A DNA stretch of 64,000 nucleotides from assembly GCA_900617105.1 (NCBI GenBank), contig UYFQ01000001.1, positions 2,294,001 through 2,358,000 on the forward strand, read 5' to 3'. A program made the translations under genes and the position numbers. This document shows, one piece after another, positions 39,244 to 50,056 of this stretch (position 1 is its first letter; each line of letters opens with the position of its first letter). The notes under the pieces are model-generated. The model saw nothing but the letters and a program-made list of their open reading frames with translations, made no database searches and was not told the DNA's origin. This DNA comes from Hydrurus foetidus. Taxonomy: Eukaryota.

Positions 39244-40253
39244 TGGCTTCAATTAACCTCAACAACGTCACCAAAAGCTACGGCAACGGTGCCAAAGCGC
39301 TGCAGGTCATTCACGGCGTGACGGCCGCTATTGCTGACCATGAATTCATCGTCATCGTCGGGCCGTCAGGCTGCGGTAAATCGACGCTGCTGCGCATGGT
39401 GGCGGGGTTAGAGGAAATCAGCGGCGGTGAGATCAGCATTGGGCCGCGCGTGGTCAACAAACTGGAGCCTGCCGAGCGCGACATTGCGATGGTGTTCCAA
39501 AACTACGCGCTGTACCCGCACATGAGCGTGTTTGACAACATGGCCTATGGTTTGAAAATTAAAAAAGTGCCAGTAGAAGAAATCAGGCAGCGCGTGGCCA
39601 AGGCCGCAGGCATTTTGGAGCTGGGCAAGTTTTTAGACCGCAAGCCGCGCGAGCTCTCAGGCGGGCAGCGCCAGCGCGTGGCCATGGGACGTGCCATCGT
39701 GCGCCAGCCGCAGGTATTTTTGTTTGACGAGCCGCTAAGCAACCTGGACGCCAAGCTGCGCGTGCAAACCCGCCTTGAGATTCAAAAACTGCACCGCGAG
39801 CTTGGCATCACCTCGCTTTTTGTGACGCATGACCAGGTCGAAGCCATGACGTTGGCTCAGCGCATGATGGTGATGAACTCGGGCCGCATGGAGCAGTTTG
39901 GCACGCCTGAAGAGGTCTATCACCGCCCTGCCACCACGTTTGTGGCCAGCTTTATCGGCTCGCCACCGATGAATCTTTTAAAACACGCAGAAGGCGTAAA
40001 AACAGGACATATTCTGGGTATTCGGCCTGAACATTTGGACGTGGGCACGGGTGGCTGGCAAGCCAAGATTGAGTCCATCGAAATGCTGGGCGCTGAACGC
40101 CTGCTGTACTGCCGCTTGGGTGACGAGCAGCTGGTGGTGCGAACCGACGAAGCCGTGGCTGCGCCTGCCTTGGGTCAGATCATCGGCTTGACGCCACGTG
40201 CAGATCGGGTGCATCACTTTGATGCAGACACGGGCGTTCGAGTTAACTCGTAG
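39243..40253 (+). CDS. ugpC: G3P ABC transporter ATP-binding protein
   Basis: [31 protein letters not shown]. Confidence 0.95.
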   Translation: MASINLNNVTKSYGNGAKALQVIHGVTAAIADHEFIVIVGPSGCGKSTLLRMVAGLEEISGGEISIGPRVVNKLEPAERDIAMVFQNYALYPHMSVFDNMAYGLKIKKVPVEEIRQRVAKAAGILELGKFLDRKPRELSGGQRQRVAMGRAIVRQPQVFLFDEPLSNLDAKLRVQTRLEIQKLHRELGITSLFVTHDQVEAMTLAQRMMVMNSGRMEQFGTPEEVYHRPATTFVASFIGSPPMNLLKHAEGVKTGHILGIRPEHLDVGTGGWQAKIESIEMLGAERLLYCRLGDEQLVVRTDEAVAAPALGQIIGLTPRADRVHHFDADTGVRVNS

Positions 40254-40289
40254 TGCGGGCGTGGTTCAGGCGTAGTCCATAATTTACAA

Positions 40290-40871
40290 ATGAATTTTCG
40301 CCAAATCTGCAAAGCCCACCAAGTATTTGTCGCGCTTTCAATCGTTGCACTGCTTTCAGCGTGCGGCTATGCCGATGGCAAGCTGACGCTGGATTTTTCA
40401 GCCAAGCAAATTGAAGACGCGATTGCACCGAAGTTTCCGGCTGAAAACTGCCCTACGCCAATTACTTGCATCAAACTGCAAAACCCAAAAATCACACTCG
40501 CCGACGCTTCTGATCGCATCACGCTGAGTTTTGACACGGCCGTGAGCTTGCTGGGCCAACCCACCACGGGCACGGCGGTGGTGTCGGCCAAGCCGCGCTA
40601 CCAAGCCACCACGGGCGAGATTTTTCTGGACGATTCGCGGATAGAAAATTTGCTGTTTAAAGACGTTCCGCCAAAAATCACTGACGCCATCACGCAGTAC
40701 GGCTCGGTGTTGGCCAAGCAAAGCTTGGAGCGCACGCCAATTTACAGTTTTAAAAATGCGCAAGCCGACAAAATTGCCAAGATGGGCATTGCCGACGTGC
40801 GCGTAGTTGACGGCAAACTGCGCGTGGCGCTAGACCCCACATTGCGGCAAGCGCCCAAAACCGCACCATGA
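40290..40871 (+). CDS. Lipoprotein, DUF1439/YceB-like
   Basis: Lipobox LSAC; IAPKFP, KPRYQATTGEIFL, LERTPIYSF. Confidence 0.65.
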   Translation: MNFRQICKAHQVFVALSIVALLSACGYADGKLTLDFSAKQIEDAIAPKFPAENCPTPITCIKLQNPKITLADASDRITLSFDTAVSLLGQPTTGTAVVSAKPRYQATTGEIFLDDSRIENLLFKDVPPKITDAITQYGSVLAKQSLERTPIYSFKNAQADKIAKMGIADVRVVDGKLRVALDPTLRQAPKTAP

Positions 40872-41626
40872 CTACTGAAGTTGCCAATGAATGGTCATAC
40901 CCGCGCTGGGTAGCCCACCGCGGCGCCGGCAAGCTGGCACCTGAAAATACGCTGGCCGCCTTCAAGCTAGGCGCAAGCTGCGGCTACCGCATGTTTGAAT
41001 GCGACGTGAAACTGAGCAGCGACGGCGTGCCTTTTTTGCTGCATGACGACACCCTGGAGCGCACCACCAACGGCAGTGGAATCGCAGGGTCAATGACGTG
41101 GCAAGACTTGCAGCAACTAGACGCAGGCAGCTGGCATTCAACAAGCTACGCAGGAGAGCCCATCCCCAGCCTGGACACCGTCGCCGCGTATTGCATCAGC
41201 AACAGTTTTGACTTGAACATTGAAATCAAACCCACCCTAGAGACTGACCAACTCACGGGCCAAGTGGTAGCCCAACACGCTGCCCGCATATGGCAAAACG
41301 AGTCGCGTAAGCCGCTGCTCACTTCGTTCAAACCCGATGCGCTGCAAGCCGCAGTAGACGCTGCCCCCAACCTGCCACGCGGCTTGCTGCTGCACGAGTT
41401 GTGGCCTGGCTGGCTGGAAACCGCTCTTATGTTGGGCTGCCAAGCAGTTATTTGCCATCACCGGTTGTGGGACACGTCCAGCGTCACGCAAGCCAAAAGC
41501 GCGGGCTTTAAGTTGCTGAGCTACACGGTGAATGACGACGCTGACGTGCAGCGCCTGCTGACGTTGGGCTGTGACGGCATCATCACCGACCAGGTCGATG
41601 TGTTTAAGCCCACCCAGCCAAATTAA
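40868..41626 (+). CDS. ugpQ: Glycerophosphodiester phosphodiesterase
   Basis: VAHRGAGKLAPENTLAAF, FECDVKLS, LHDDTLERT, YTVND, IITD. Confidence 0.95.
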   Translation: MTTEVANEWSYPRWVAHRGAGKLAPENTLAAFKLGASCGYRMFECDVKLSSDGVPFLLHDDTLERTTNGSGIAGSMTWQDLQQLDAGSWHSTSYAGEPIPSLDTVAAYCISNSFDLNIEIKPTLETDQLTGQVVAQHAARIWQNESRKPLLTSFKPDALQAAVDAAPNLPRGLLLHELWPGWLETALMLGCQAVICHHRLWDTSSVTQAKSAGFKLLSYTVNDDADVQRLLTLGCDGIITDQVDVFKPTQPN

Positions 41627-41651
41627 TCGGGTCGAGTGCCCGCCAGCACCG

Positions 41652-41945
41652 TTACCGCGCCGCCCAGCCGCGAATGAGCACCCAATAGGCGAAACCAGCT
41701 GCCACCACCATTGCTGCATAAGACGCCATCTTGCCGTCGTTGCCGAAAAACACCAGGCTAGTGGCCAACGTCACCAAATTCACTATAAAAATAATAGCTG
41801 CTTGCGCCAATATTGATTGGGTTTCAGCCCTTTTTTGTACCAAAAATGAGCTAAAAACACGCGCCAACAGCACCAGCAGCAGCGCCACTACTGCGGCGGG
41901 GGCGGCAAAATTCAGCACGTGGTTGGTCAGCAAATAGGCGGTCAT
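41652..41945 (-). CDS. Small membrane protein of unknown function
   Basis: Three hydrophobic segments; NHVLNFAAPA and GNDGKMASY motifs; divergent from hemA. Confidence 0.7.
   Translation of the reverse strand: MTAYLLTNHVLNFAAPAAVVALLLVLLARVFSSFLVQKRAETQSILAQAAIIFIVNLVTLATSLVFFGNDGKMASYAAMVVAAGFAYWVLIRGWAAR
41782..41846 (+). repeat. Dispersed N7 element, copy 7, inside the small membrane-protein gene
   Basis: ACTAT-AAAAATA-ATAGC-TGCTTGCGC-CAATATTGATTGGGTTTCAGC. Confidence 0.82.
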
Positions 41946-42009
41946 GGGTGTTTTAAGGGTGGATTATTAAAAGCGCCCGTTGGGGTGCGTTCAATTTTAT
42001 AATGCCGAG

Positions 42010-43296
42010 ATGTCTGTCTGGGCTCTTGGGCTAAACCATAACACTGCACCGCTTGATTTGCGGGGCCGTTTTGCGTTTTCAATTGAGCAAATGGCCCCCA
42101 CGCTCAAGGGTTTGCGGCAGGCGCACAGCAAGCACCCAGAAGCAACTATTTTGTCGACCTGCAATCGCACCGAAATTTATTGCGCCAGCGAATCGCCCGC
42201 ACTTGAACACACGCTGGCCTGGCTGGCCAATAGCGGCGGTGTTGAGGCTAACGCCCTGCGCTCACACACCTACACGCTGCAGGGCGACGAGGCAGCGCGC
42301 CACGTCTTCAGGGTGGCCAGCGGCCTGGACTCGATGGTGCTGGGCGAGCCGCAAATTTTGGGACAAATGAAAGACGCCGTGCGCGCCGCTGAAGGTGCGG
42401 GCGCCATGGGCACCACGCTGCATCAGTTATTTCAACGCTCTTTTGCTGTCGCCAAAGAGGTACGCAGCACCACCGAGATTGGCGCGCACAGCATCAGCAT
42501 GGCGGCAGCCGCCGTGCGCCTGGCTGCCCAGCTGTTCGAAGACTTGGGCAAGATCAAGATTTTGTTTGTGGGTGCGGGCGAAATGATCGATTTGGCGGCC
42601 ACGCACTTTGCCGCCAAAAACCCGGCGCTGATGGTGATTGCCAACCGCACCATGGAGCGCGGCGAAGCACTGGCCAGCCGGTTTGGCGCGCAAACCATGC
42701 CGCTGGCCGACTTGCCGGGGCGCCTGCACGAGTTTGATGCGGTCATTAGCTGCACAGGAAGCGTGCTGCCTATCATCGGGCTAGGCGCGGTTGAACGCGC
42801 CGTCAAGCTGCGCAAGCGCCGACCGATATTCATGGTCGATTTGGCCGTGCCGCGCGATATTGAGGTTGAAGTCAAAGCTCTGCCCGACATTTATTTGTAC
42901 ACGGTAGACGACTTGGCACAGGTGGTGCAAACCGGCCGCGAAAGCCGCCGTGCTGCAGTAGCTGAGGCTGAAGTGATCATCGACGCGGGCGTGCAAAACT
43001 TCATGGCCTGGCTCACGCAGCGCGCCGCGGTGCCGCTGATTCAGCAAATCAACGCGCAAGCTGACGAGTGGCGCTCGCTGGAGATCAACCGGGCTAAAAA
43101 GCTGCTGGCCAAGGGCGAGTCAATTGACAGCGTGCTGGAAGCACTCGCGCGCGGCATGAGCCAAAAAATGCTTCACGGCACGCTGGCCGAGCTGAACAAG
43201 GGCGACAGCACCCAGCGTGAGGCGACTGCGCAAACCGTGTCCAAGCTGTTTTTGCGTGGGCAAAGCCGATCGAAACCGGATGACGCTGAGCGTTAG
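42010..43296 (+). CDS. hemA: Glutamyl-tRNA reductase
   Basis: LSTCNRTEIY, SGLDSMVLGEPQILGQ, GAGEM, DLAVPRDI. Confidence 0.97.
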   Translation: MSVWALGLNHNTAPLDLRGRFAFSIEQMAPTLKGLRQAHSKHPEATILSTCNRTEIYCASESPALEHTLAWLANSGGVEANALRSHTYTLQGDEAARHVFRVASGLDSMVLGEPQILGQMKDAVRAAEGAGAMGTTLHQLFQRSFAVAKEVRSTTEIGAHSISMAAAAVRLAAQLFEDLGKIKILFVGAGEMIDLAATHFAAKNPALMVIANRTMERGEALASRFGAQTMPLADLPGRLHEFDAVISCTGSVLPIIGLGAVERAVKLRKRRPIFMVDLAVPRDIEVEVKALPDIYLYTVDDLAQVVQTGRESRRAAVAEAEVIIDAGVQNFMAWLTQRAAVPLIQQINAQADEWRSLEINRAKKLLAKGESIDSVLEALARGMSQKMLHGTLAELNKGDSTQREATAQTVSKLFLRGQSRSKPDDAER

Positions 43297-43420
43297 CTAT
43301 CGCCGTGCAGGGTTTTCGGTTGCGGACTTGATCTGCAATCTTTGAGCCCAAATTTATTTAGCTTCCCAAACTCACTCAAGCCAGACCAGCTCTGGTGCGC
43401 CCGCCCTTCACCGATAAGCC

Positions 43421-44539
43421 ATGAAACCCTTTCTAAGACAAACCCTTGAGCGCCAATTGCTTCGCCTGCACGAACTCGATGCATTGCTTTCAGCGAGCGA
43501 CGTGGTCAGCAACATGGACCGATTTCGCGCCTTGAGCCGGGAGCATGCCGAGGTCAGTGTGGTGGCCGACCAGTACCGCAAACTCACCAGCCGCGAGGCT
43601 GATTTAGCGGGCGCGCAAGAACTTTTGGCCGCCAGCAAAGGCGACGCTGACATGACGGCCATGGCCGAGGAAGAAATTGACGCCGCCAAAGCCGACATCA
43701 CGCAAATCGACGACGCGCTGCAGCTGATGCTGATTCCCAAAGACCCGGACGACATGCGCCCGGCATTTGTTGAAATTCGCGCGGGCACAGGCGGCGATGA
43801 GTCAGCCCTGTTTGCCGCCGATTTATTCAGGCTGTACACGCGCTATGCCGAACGCAGCGGCTGGCGCACTGAGATCATCAGCGAGTCCAGCAGCGAGCTG
43901 GGCGGCTACAAAGAAGTGGTGCTGCGCATTGAGGGCGCGCCTGATGCGCAAGGCGTGGGCGTGTACGGCAAACTGCGCTTTGAGTCGGGCGGGCACCGTG
44001 TGCAGCGCGTACCCACCACTGAAACACAAGGCCGCATTCACACCAGCGCCTGTACGGTGGCGGTGCTGCCTGAGCCTGACGAGCTGGAAGCCATCAAAAT
44101 CAACCCGTCTGACTTGCGCATTGACACTTACCGGGCCAGCGGCGCGGGCGGCCAGCACATTAACAAAACGGATTCCGCCGTGCGCATTACGCACCTGCCC
44201 ACCGGCATCGTGGCCGAATGCCAGGACGGCCGCAGCCAGCACGGCAACAAGGCGCAAGCGTTGAAAGTGCTCACCGCGCGCATTCATGAAAAAGACCGCT
44301 CCGAGCGCGCGGCAGTCGACGCCGCCATGCGCAAAGGTTTGATTGGCAGTGGCGATAGAAGCGACCGTATACGGACCTATAACTTTCCGCAGGGCCGCCT
44401 GACGGACCACCGCATTAACCTGACGCTGTACAAGCTGCTCACCATCATGGAGGGCGACTTGGGCGACGTGGTAACTGCCCTGCAAGTAGCACGCGGCGCG
44501 GAGCAATTGGCCGAGCTTGAAACTGAGTCGCAGGGCTAA
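43421..44539 (+). CDS. prfA: Peptide chain release factor 1
   Basis: [10 protein letters not shown] (PxT motif), [15 protein letters not shown]. Confidence 0.97.
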   Translation: MKPFLRQTLERQLLRLHELDALLSASDVVSNMDRFRALSREHAEVSVVADQYRKLTSREADLAGAQELLAASKGDADMTAMAEEEIDAAKADITQIDDALQLMLIPKDPDDMRPAFVEIRAGTGGDESALFAADLFRLYTRYAERSGWRTEIISESSSELGGYKEVVLRIEGAPDAQGVGVYGKLRFESGGHRVQRVPTTETQGRIHTSACTVAVLPEPDELEAIKINPSDLRIDTYRASGAGGQHINKTDSAVRITHLPTGIVAECQDGRSQHGNKAQALKVLTARIHEKDRSERAAVDAAMRKGLIGSGDRSDRIRTYNFPQGRLTDHRINLTLYKLLTIMEGDLGDVVTALQVARGAEQLAELETESQG

Positions 44540-44554
44540 AAACGCTGTTTAATG

Positions 44555-44623
44555 GCTTTTTATAGCATCAAATCAGCCTCTAGCCCAATAAAATCGGGCG
44601 CGAGCAGCTCCTATTTTAATAGT
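44555..44623 (-). repeat. Dispersed N7 element, copy 8, between prfA and prmC
   Basis: + strand GCCTCTAGCCCAATAAAATCGGGCGCGAGCA-GCTCC-TATTTTA-ATAGT. Confidence 0.85.
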
Positions 44624-44694
44624 AAAAATAAGGCAGCTGTTGCGCGCTTGACCTGCCACACTAGCGGCCAAGGTTGAGCCCAGTGACGCAAGCC

Positions 44695-45543
44695 ATGAAC
44701 ACCCTCAACCTTACCCTCACACTTACCATTGCTCAGGCGCTGGCAGCCGCTCAAACTTTAGGCGTGGATCGGCTAGACGCACAGCTTTGCCTGCTGAACA
44801 GCATGAAAAAACCAGACACTGACCGCGCCTGGCTGCTGGCGCATGATGGCGATGTGTTGCCCGCTTTGACTGCCGACACCTTTCGCGGCTATTGCCTGCG
44901 CCGGGCGGCGGGCGAGCCGCTGGCCTATATCGTTGGCTACAAAGAATTTTTTGGGCTGCGCTTTGCCGTTGATGCGCGGGTGCTGGTGCCGCGGCCTGAC
45001 ACTGAAACGCTGGTGCAGTGGGGCCTGGATGTGCTGCAAACCACCAACCAAGACTGCCCTGCTGTGCTGGACCTTGGCACCGGCAGCGGCGCGGTAGCCA
45101 TTGCCATTGCTCACCACGAGCGCACCAGCATGCTTGCAACTGACGCCAGCACCGACGCATTGGCGGTGGCGCAAAGCAACGCCACCCAGCTGGGGTGTGA
45201 TGTACAGGTTGCCCACAGCCACTGGTTTGACAGCGTCACGGGCAGGTTTAAAGTCATTGTCAGCAATCCACCCTATGTGGCGAGTAACGACCCTCATCTA
45301 GCTGCCCTGCACCACGAGCCGCTCAGCGCGTTAACGGCGGGCCCTGATGGGCTGAACGATATCCGCCGCATCATTGACCAAGCCCCCAACCACCTCGCAG
45401 CCGGCGGCTGGCTGCTGCTAGAGCACGGCTACGACCAAGCGCCAGCGGTTTGCGCGCTGCTGCGCGAGCGCGGCTTTACCAATGTGCAGAGCCGGCGTGA
45501 CCTGGCCGGAATTGCACGTTGTTCGGGCGGCGTTTGGGTTTGA
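44695..45543 (+). CDS. prmC: Release factor glutamine methyltransferase
   Basis: GEPLAYI, VLVPRPDTE, LDLGTGSG, SNPPY, LEHGYDQ. Confidence 0.96.
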   Translation: MNTLNLTLTLTIAQALAAAQTLGVDRLDAQLCLLNSMKKPDTDRAWLLAHDGDVLPALTADTFRGYCLRRAAGEPLAYIVGYKEFFGLRFAVDARVLVPRPDTETLVQWGLDVLQTTNQDCPAVLDLGTGSGAVAIAIAHHERTSMLATDASTDALAVAQSNATQLGCDVQVAHSHWFDSVTGRFKVIVSNPPYVASNDPHLAALHHEPLSALTAGPDGLNDIRRIIDQAPNHLAAGGWLLLEHGYDQAPAVCALLRERGFTNVQSRRDLAGIARCSGGVWV

Positions 45544-45640
45544 CGGTTGATTGACCGACACAAAGCCAGCGGAACTCAAAAAGCACCGGATAATCAACGC
45601 ATTCGCGTCACTTGCAGACGCATTACTTAAAGAGGTTCCC

Positions 45641-45961
45641 ATGAGCGACACACATAACCGAATCGACCAACTCGTTAAATCCAGCGACGTGGTGCTGTTT
45701 ATGAAGGGCAATGCCAATTTCCCGCAGTGCGGCTTTTCTGGCAAAGCGATTGCTGTGCTTAAAGCCTGCGGCGTGACCAAACCAGTCACGTTCAATGTGC
45801 TGGAAGACGGCGAAATTCGCGAAGGCATTAAAGCCTACAGCCAGTGGCCAACCATCCCGCAGCTGTATGTCAAAGGCGAGTTTGTTGGCGGCTCAGACAT
45901 CATGATGGAGATGTACGAGAACGGTGAGTTGCAACAATTGCTGGGCGCACCAGCTGCTTAG
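45641..45961 (+). CDS. grxD: Monothiol glutaredoxin Grx4
   Basis: [22 protein letters not shown]. Confidence 0.96.
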   Translation: MSDTHNRIDQLVKSSDVVLFMKGNANFPQCGFSGKAIAVLKACGVTKPVTFNVLEDGEIREGIKAYSQWPTIPQLYVKGEFVGGSDIMMEMYENGELQQLLGAPAA

Positions 45962-46040
45962 CGCCAAGACGCTGGCGCGCTGGAATTTGTACCGCTCGCG
46001 CGCCTCAGTGCAATCGCGCTAGCGCCTACACACACGCAAG

Positions 46041-46304
46041 CTAGCGTGTGTAACCCGAGCAAGCGCCTGCGTTGACCTGGCCTTTGCATTCGCGAGTCAA
46101 TCGGGCGGTGCGCTCTTTTTTGGTCTCGGCTGAGCCAGAATCAAATTTGGCTTTGGAGCCGCTGCCCGCTTTTTTGGATTTTTTCTTGGTCGCCGCTTTT
46201 ATCGGCGGGTTGAGTACTTCTGACGCCTGCACGGGCAGCGCGCTGGCAAATAAAAAGGCACATGCAACGACGCTGCTGAAAAATTTCACTATTGTGTTGT
46301 TCAT
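46041..46304 (-). CDS. Small secreted Lys-rich protein with two Cys
   Basis: Signal peptide; SAETKKERTARLTRECKGQVNAGACSGY; GGAG ribosome-binding site. Confidence 0.7.
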   Translation of the reverse strand: MNNTIVKFFSSVVACAFLFASALPVQASEVLNPPIKAATKKKSKKAGSGSKAKFDSGSAETKKERTARLTRECKGQVNAGACSGYTR

Positions 46305-46319
46305 ACTCGAGCTCTCCTT

Positions 46320-46547
46320 TTACTGTAGCTTGGGGTCACCGTAAGCGGCGTCGTCTGGCGGGGTGTCAGCTGGCATTCGGAAATCTTCGTTGGCCCAAGC
46401 GCCAAAATCAATGTTTTTGCAGCGCTCACTGCAAAACGGCCTGAACGCGTTGCTCAATTCAAAAATGCTGTCGCCCTTGCACACGGGGCAAACCACTATT
46501 TTCGCTGTCTTGCTTGAGGAAGACAAGGCACCGTCCCCTATGAGCAC
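46320..46547 (-). CDS. yacG: DNA gyrase inhibitor (true start probably slightly downstream)
   Basis: CPVC...RPFCSERCKNIDFGAWA. Confidence 0.93.
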   Translation of the reverse strand: MLIGDGALSSSSKTAKIVVCPVCKGDSIFELSNAFRPFCSERCKNIDFGAWANEDFRMPADTPPDDAAYGDPKLQ

Positions 46548-47293
46548 AGCGTAAGTTCGAAGGCAGCATCTTCGGTAGACGCATGCAAACGATCGTCACT
46601 TTCCTGGCGCATGAGGCGAACCGATACCATCAGCCGGTTGCCGCTAATTTCAGGAATCAAACCCAGCGCGGGGTCAATTCGCAAGCGCAGCAAATGAAAA
46701 GTCCGGCCTTGGGGCAAGTTTTGCTGAAACTGCCCGGCGGGTGCAGTCACCATTTGCGCAGCCCCTGAATCACGCAGCAGCTGCAGCAGCAACCGGATCG
46801 AATCGGCCAACGGACCTAATGTCGCAATCCAGCGCTGCAAATCGTGCTGGCGGGCGGCGCCGTCGTGGTGCTGCCACGCGTAGTAAGCCGGAAGATCGAA
46901 CTCGCAGGTGCCGCCCGGAATACCCACGCGGCTTCGAATGCTCATTAGCCATTCGTTTTCGGTTAGCGAAGAACCGGCTTTGCCCGGCAGATCATTCAGC
47001 GCAGCAAAGCAGGTTTCTAGCTGACTGGTGACGTCATTCAGCACGCTTTCGGCGATAGCTGGGTTACCGCGGTAGCCGTTGAGTACATGCTTTTGTTTTT
47101 CAAGGTCTTTGAGAACATCGGTTTTCAGATCGGCACGAGCCGCTACGTCCATCACTTCAAAAATCGTAGTGATGGCGTAGTGGTGATCCAGGGGATGTTG
47201 GCGGGCGGCCAACTCACCCAGCCGGCGAAACAAATGCTCTAGGCGCAGATAGGTGCGGATGCGTTCGTTGAAGGGGTACTCGTACAAAATCAC
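46538..47293 (-). CDS. zapD: Cell division protein ZapD
   Basis: YEYPFNERIRTYLRLE, IPGGTCEFDLP, PEISGN. Confidence 0.95.
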   Translation of the reverse strand: MILYEYPFNERIRTYLRLEHLFRRLGELAARQHPLDHHYAITTIFEVMDVAARADLKTDVLKDLEKQKHVLNGYRGNPAIAESVLNDVTSQLETCFAALNDLPGKAGSSLTENEWLMSIRSRVGIPGGTCEFDLPAYYAWQHHDGAARQHDLQRWIATLGPLADSIRLLLQLLRDSGAAQMVTAPAGQFQQNLPQGRTFHLLRLRIDPALGLIPEISGNRLMVSVRLMRQESDDRLHASTEDAAFELTLCS

Positions 47294-47350
47294 GGTGCGG
47301 GCGAACTCGACAAAGGTTTAGTTAATCGGGTGGTAAGAATAATGTTTGCA

Positions 47351-47950
47351 TCATAGCTCGAGGCGCGGCAGCAACTGCTGCACCACGGCCTGCAGCTCAA
47401 GCAGTGAAAGACCATCGTTGTAAATCACAATGTCGGCAGCAGCCAAGCGCTGCGCCCTACTGGCCTGCGCTGCGATGACTTTCTGCACTGCGTCAGCCGT
47501 CCAGCTACTTCGCTGCATAACTCTCGAAATCTGCGTTGCCTCTAAGCAGTCGACCACCAGCACAAGGTCAAGCTGCTGGCGCCAGCGGCCAGATTCAACC
47601 AGCAATGGCACATCAAATAGCACGCAGGGTTTGCCGTCATCTGCTGCCTGGCTTGCCTGCGCGGCACAGGCTTGGCTAACCAGCGGGTGAATGATGTTTT
47701 CTAGCTGGCTTTTGGCAGCCAGATTGCTAAAAATCAAGTCGCGCATCGCGTCGCGATCAAGAGCGCCTGCCGGGGTCAGCATCGCTTGGCCAAACTGCTC
47801 AACAACTGGCGAAATGGCCGCGCCGCCAACATCGGTCAGGCGGCGGGAAATGGCATCAGCGTCAATCAAGTAAGCGCCCGCATTTACCAGCATGCCCGAC
47901 ACGGTGCTTTTGCCGCTGCCAATTCCGCCTGTGATTCCAGCTCGCAACAA
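47351..47950 (-). CDS. coaE: Dephospho-CoA kinase
   Basis: GITGGIGSGKS, IDAD, IIHPLV, DVPLLVE. Confidence 0.95.
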   Translation of the reverse strand: MLRAGITGGIGSGKSTVSGMLVNAGAYLIDADAISRRLTDVGGAAISPVVEQFGQAMLTPAGALDRDAMRDLIFSNLAAKSQLENIIHPLVSQACAAQASQAADDGKPCVLFDVPLLVESGRWRQQLDLVLVVDCLEATQISRVMQRSSWTADAVQKVIAAQASRAQRLAAADIVIYNDGLSLLELQAVVQQLLPRLEL

Positions 47951-47959
47951 GTCGTGCGC

Positions 47960-48811
47960 CTAAAGTCCGATCACTCGCGTGATCGCCTGCGGGCCAAACA
48001 ACATAGCCGTGAACCCCGCGCCAGCCAAAAAGGGGCCAAAAGGGATGTAGCCACCTTCGCGCAGACCGCTTGAAAACTTCATGGCGATACCCACCACCGC
48101 GCCAATAACAGAGGCCATCAAAATAATGGGCACCAGTGCCGCCCAACCAAACCAGGCGCCCAACGCGGCAAACAGTTTGAAGTCGCCGTAGCCCATGCCT
48201 TCCTTGCCTGTGACCAGCTTGAAAGCCCAGTACACCAGCCACAGCGACAAATAGCCTGCTACTGCGCCCCACAGCGCGTCCGGCAGTTTGACCACAGGAT
48301 TGAGCCCCGCCGCTGCGGCGATCAAGCCTGCCCATAGCAGCGGCAGCGTAATGTCGTCGGGCAACAAAGTGGTGTCCCAGTCGATCATGGCCAAAGCGAG
48401 CAAAGCTGCTGAAAATCCGCACCAAATCAGAGTCGCCGCTGAATCCCCCCAGCGCCAGGCGCACCATGCAAACAGTGCACCGCAGGTCAATTCAACCAGC
48501 GGATAACGCAGGCCAAAGGGTGCCTTACAAGCCGCGCATTTACCACGCAAAAATACGTAGCTGACTAGCGGAATGTTTTCATACCAGGCAATTGGGTGGC
48601 CGCATTGCGAGCAGCGTGAGCGCGGCACCATTAAGCTGATCTTCTCAGCCGCTGGCACTGCTTGGCCGGACAGCTCGGCGCATTCGCTGGCCCATTGCTG
48701 TTCCATCATTTTGGGCAGCCGGTAAATCACCACATTCAAGAAGCTGCCAATCAGCAGCCCAAAAAATCCAGCGAGCGCTGCAAGTGCCTCGCGCGGCAAC
48801 TCGCCGAACAT
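47960..48811 (-). CDS. pilD: Prepilin peptidase
   Basis: GSFLNVVIYRLP, PRSRC..C, ENIPLVSY, LLPD, GMGYGDFKL, PFGPFL. Confidence 0.96.
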   Translation of the reverse strand: MFGELPREALAALAGFFGLLIGSFLNVVIYRLPKMMEQQWASECAELSGQAVPAAEKISLMVPRSRCSQCGHPIAWYENIPLVSYVFLRGKCAACKAPFGLRYPLVELTCGALFAWCAWRWGDSAATLIWCGFSAALLALAMIDWDTTLLPDDITLPLLWAGLIAAAAGLNPVVKLPDALWGAVAGYLSLWLVYWAFKLVTGKEGMGYGDFKLFAALGAWFGWAALVPIILMASVIGAVVGIAMKFSSGLREGGYIPFGPFLAGAGFTAMLFGPQAITRVIGL

Positions 48812-50028
48812 TAAACGACTTGGCCCAATTTGAAAATAGGCAAGTACATCGACACTACGATACCGCCGATAAGGGTGCCCAAAAATACGATGATGATGGG
48901 CTCCATCAGGCTTGACAAGCCGGCCACCATCTCATCGACTTCCGCTTCATAAAAGTCAGCAGCTTTGCCCAGCATGTGGTCGACTGAGCCAGACTCTTCA
49001 CCAATAGCGGTCATCTGCAGCACCATCGACGGAAACAAATTCGCGTTGGTCATGGCGGCCGTCAGGCTGGTGCCGGTTGATACTTCTTGCTGAATTTTTG
49101 TGGTGGCGTCCGCATAAAGCGAGTTGCCCGACGCACCGCCTACCGAGTCAAGCGCCTCTACCAATGGCACACCGGCTGCAAACATGGTGGAGAGAGTTCG
49201 CGTCCAGCGGGCAATACAAGATTTTTCAATCAGCGCGCCAAACACTGGCACTTTTAGCAGAATACGGTCCATGACCTTTTGCATTTTTTCACTGCGCTTC
49301 CAGGCTTGCAAAAAGAAGTAAATTCCCCCGCCAATCACGCCAAAAATCAGCCACCAATACTTAACAAAAACTTCGCTGATGGCCATGACGAAAAGCGTCG
49401 GCGCTGGCAAGTCTGCGCCAAAGGACGAAAACACTTCCTTAAACGCCGGAATCACAAAAATCATGATGACCGCAACCACCACGAAGGCCACCACCACCAC
49501 TGACGCCGGGTACATCAACGCTGACTTGATTTTTGACTTGATCGCTTCGGTCTTTTCCATGTAGACCGCCAGGCGATCAAGCAAGGCTTCCAAAATACCT
49601 GCGGCCTCGCCGGCCTCTACCAGGTTGCAATAAAGCGCGTTGAAGTAAAGCGGGTACTTGCGAAAAGCGGCGCTTAATGATGTGCCGGTTTCCACGTCAG
49701 TGCGCACGTCGTTCAAAAGTTTGGTCACGCTGGCATTGGGGTTGCCGCGCCCCACAATGTCAAACGACTGCAAGAGCGGAACGCCCGCCTTCATCATGGT
49801 CGCCAATTGCCGAGTGAAAATCGCTATATCTCTCGGCTTGATGGATTTGCCCGAGCGCATCCGGCGTTTTTTGATTTTCGTTGGCAAAACGCCTTGTCGG
49901 CGCAGCGACGCCTTAACCTGGTTTTCTCCAGCCGCCCGAATTTCACCCTTGACCGCTTTACCGCCACGGTCTTTGCCTTCCCATTCATATACAAAGTCAG
50001 GAATGCGGGTGATTGATGCTGTTGCCAT
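48811..50028 (-). CDS. pilC: Type IV pilus platform protein
   Basis: FTRQLATMMKAGVPL, KSALMYP, IGEESG, MYLPIF. Confidence 0.95.
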   Translation of the reverse strand: MATASITRIPDFVYEWEGKDRGGKAVKGEIRAAGENQVKASLRRQGVLPTKIKKRRMRSGKSIKPRDIAIFTRQLATMMKAGVPLLQSFDIVGRGNPNASVTKLLNDVRTDVETGTSLSAAFRKYPLYFNALYCNLVEAGEAAGILEALLDRLAVYMEKTEAIKSKIKSALMYPASVVVVAFVVVAVIMIFVIPAFKEVFSSFGADLPAPTLFVMAISEVFVKYWWLIFGVIGGGIYFFLQAWKRSEKMQKVMDRILLKVPVFGALIEKSCIARWTRTLSTMFAAGVPLVEALDSVGGASGNSLYADATTKIQQEVSTGTSLTAAMTNANLFPSMVLQMTAIGEESGSVDHMLGKAADFYEAEVDEMVAGLSSLMEPIIIVFLGTLIGGIVVSMYLPIFKLGQVV

Positions 50029-50056
50029 GGTGATGTCTCGTTTTTAAGTGCGTGGG

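Noticed and set aside
43823..44506. Long antisense ORFs over prfA, pilB, ispB, obgE and the oxidoreductase
   Set aside because: Expected shadow ORFs of GC-rich coding sequence, with no motifs of their own.
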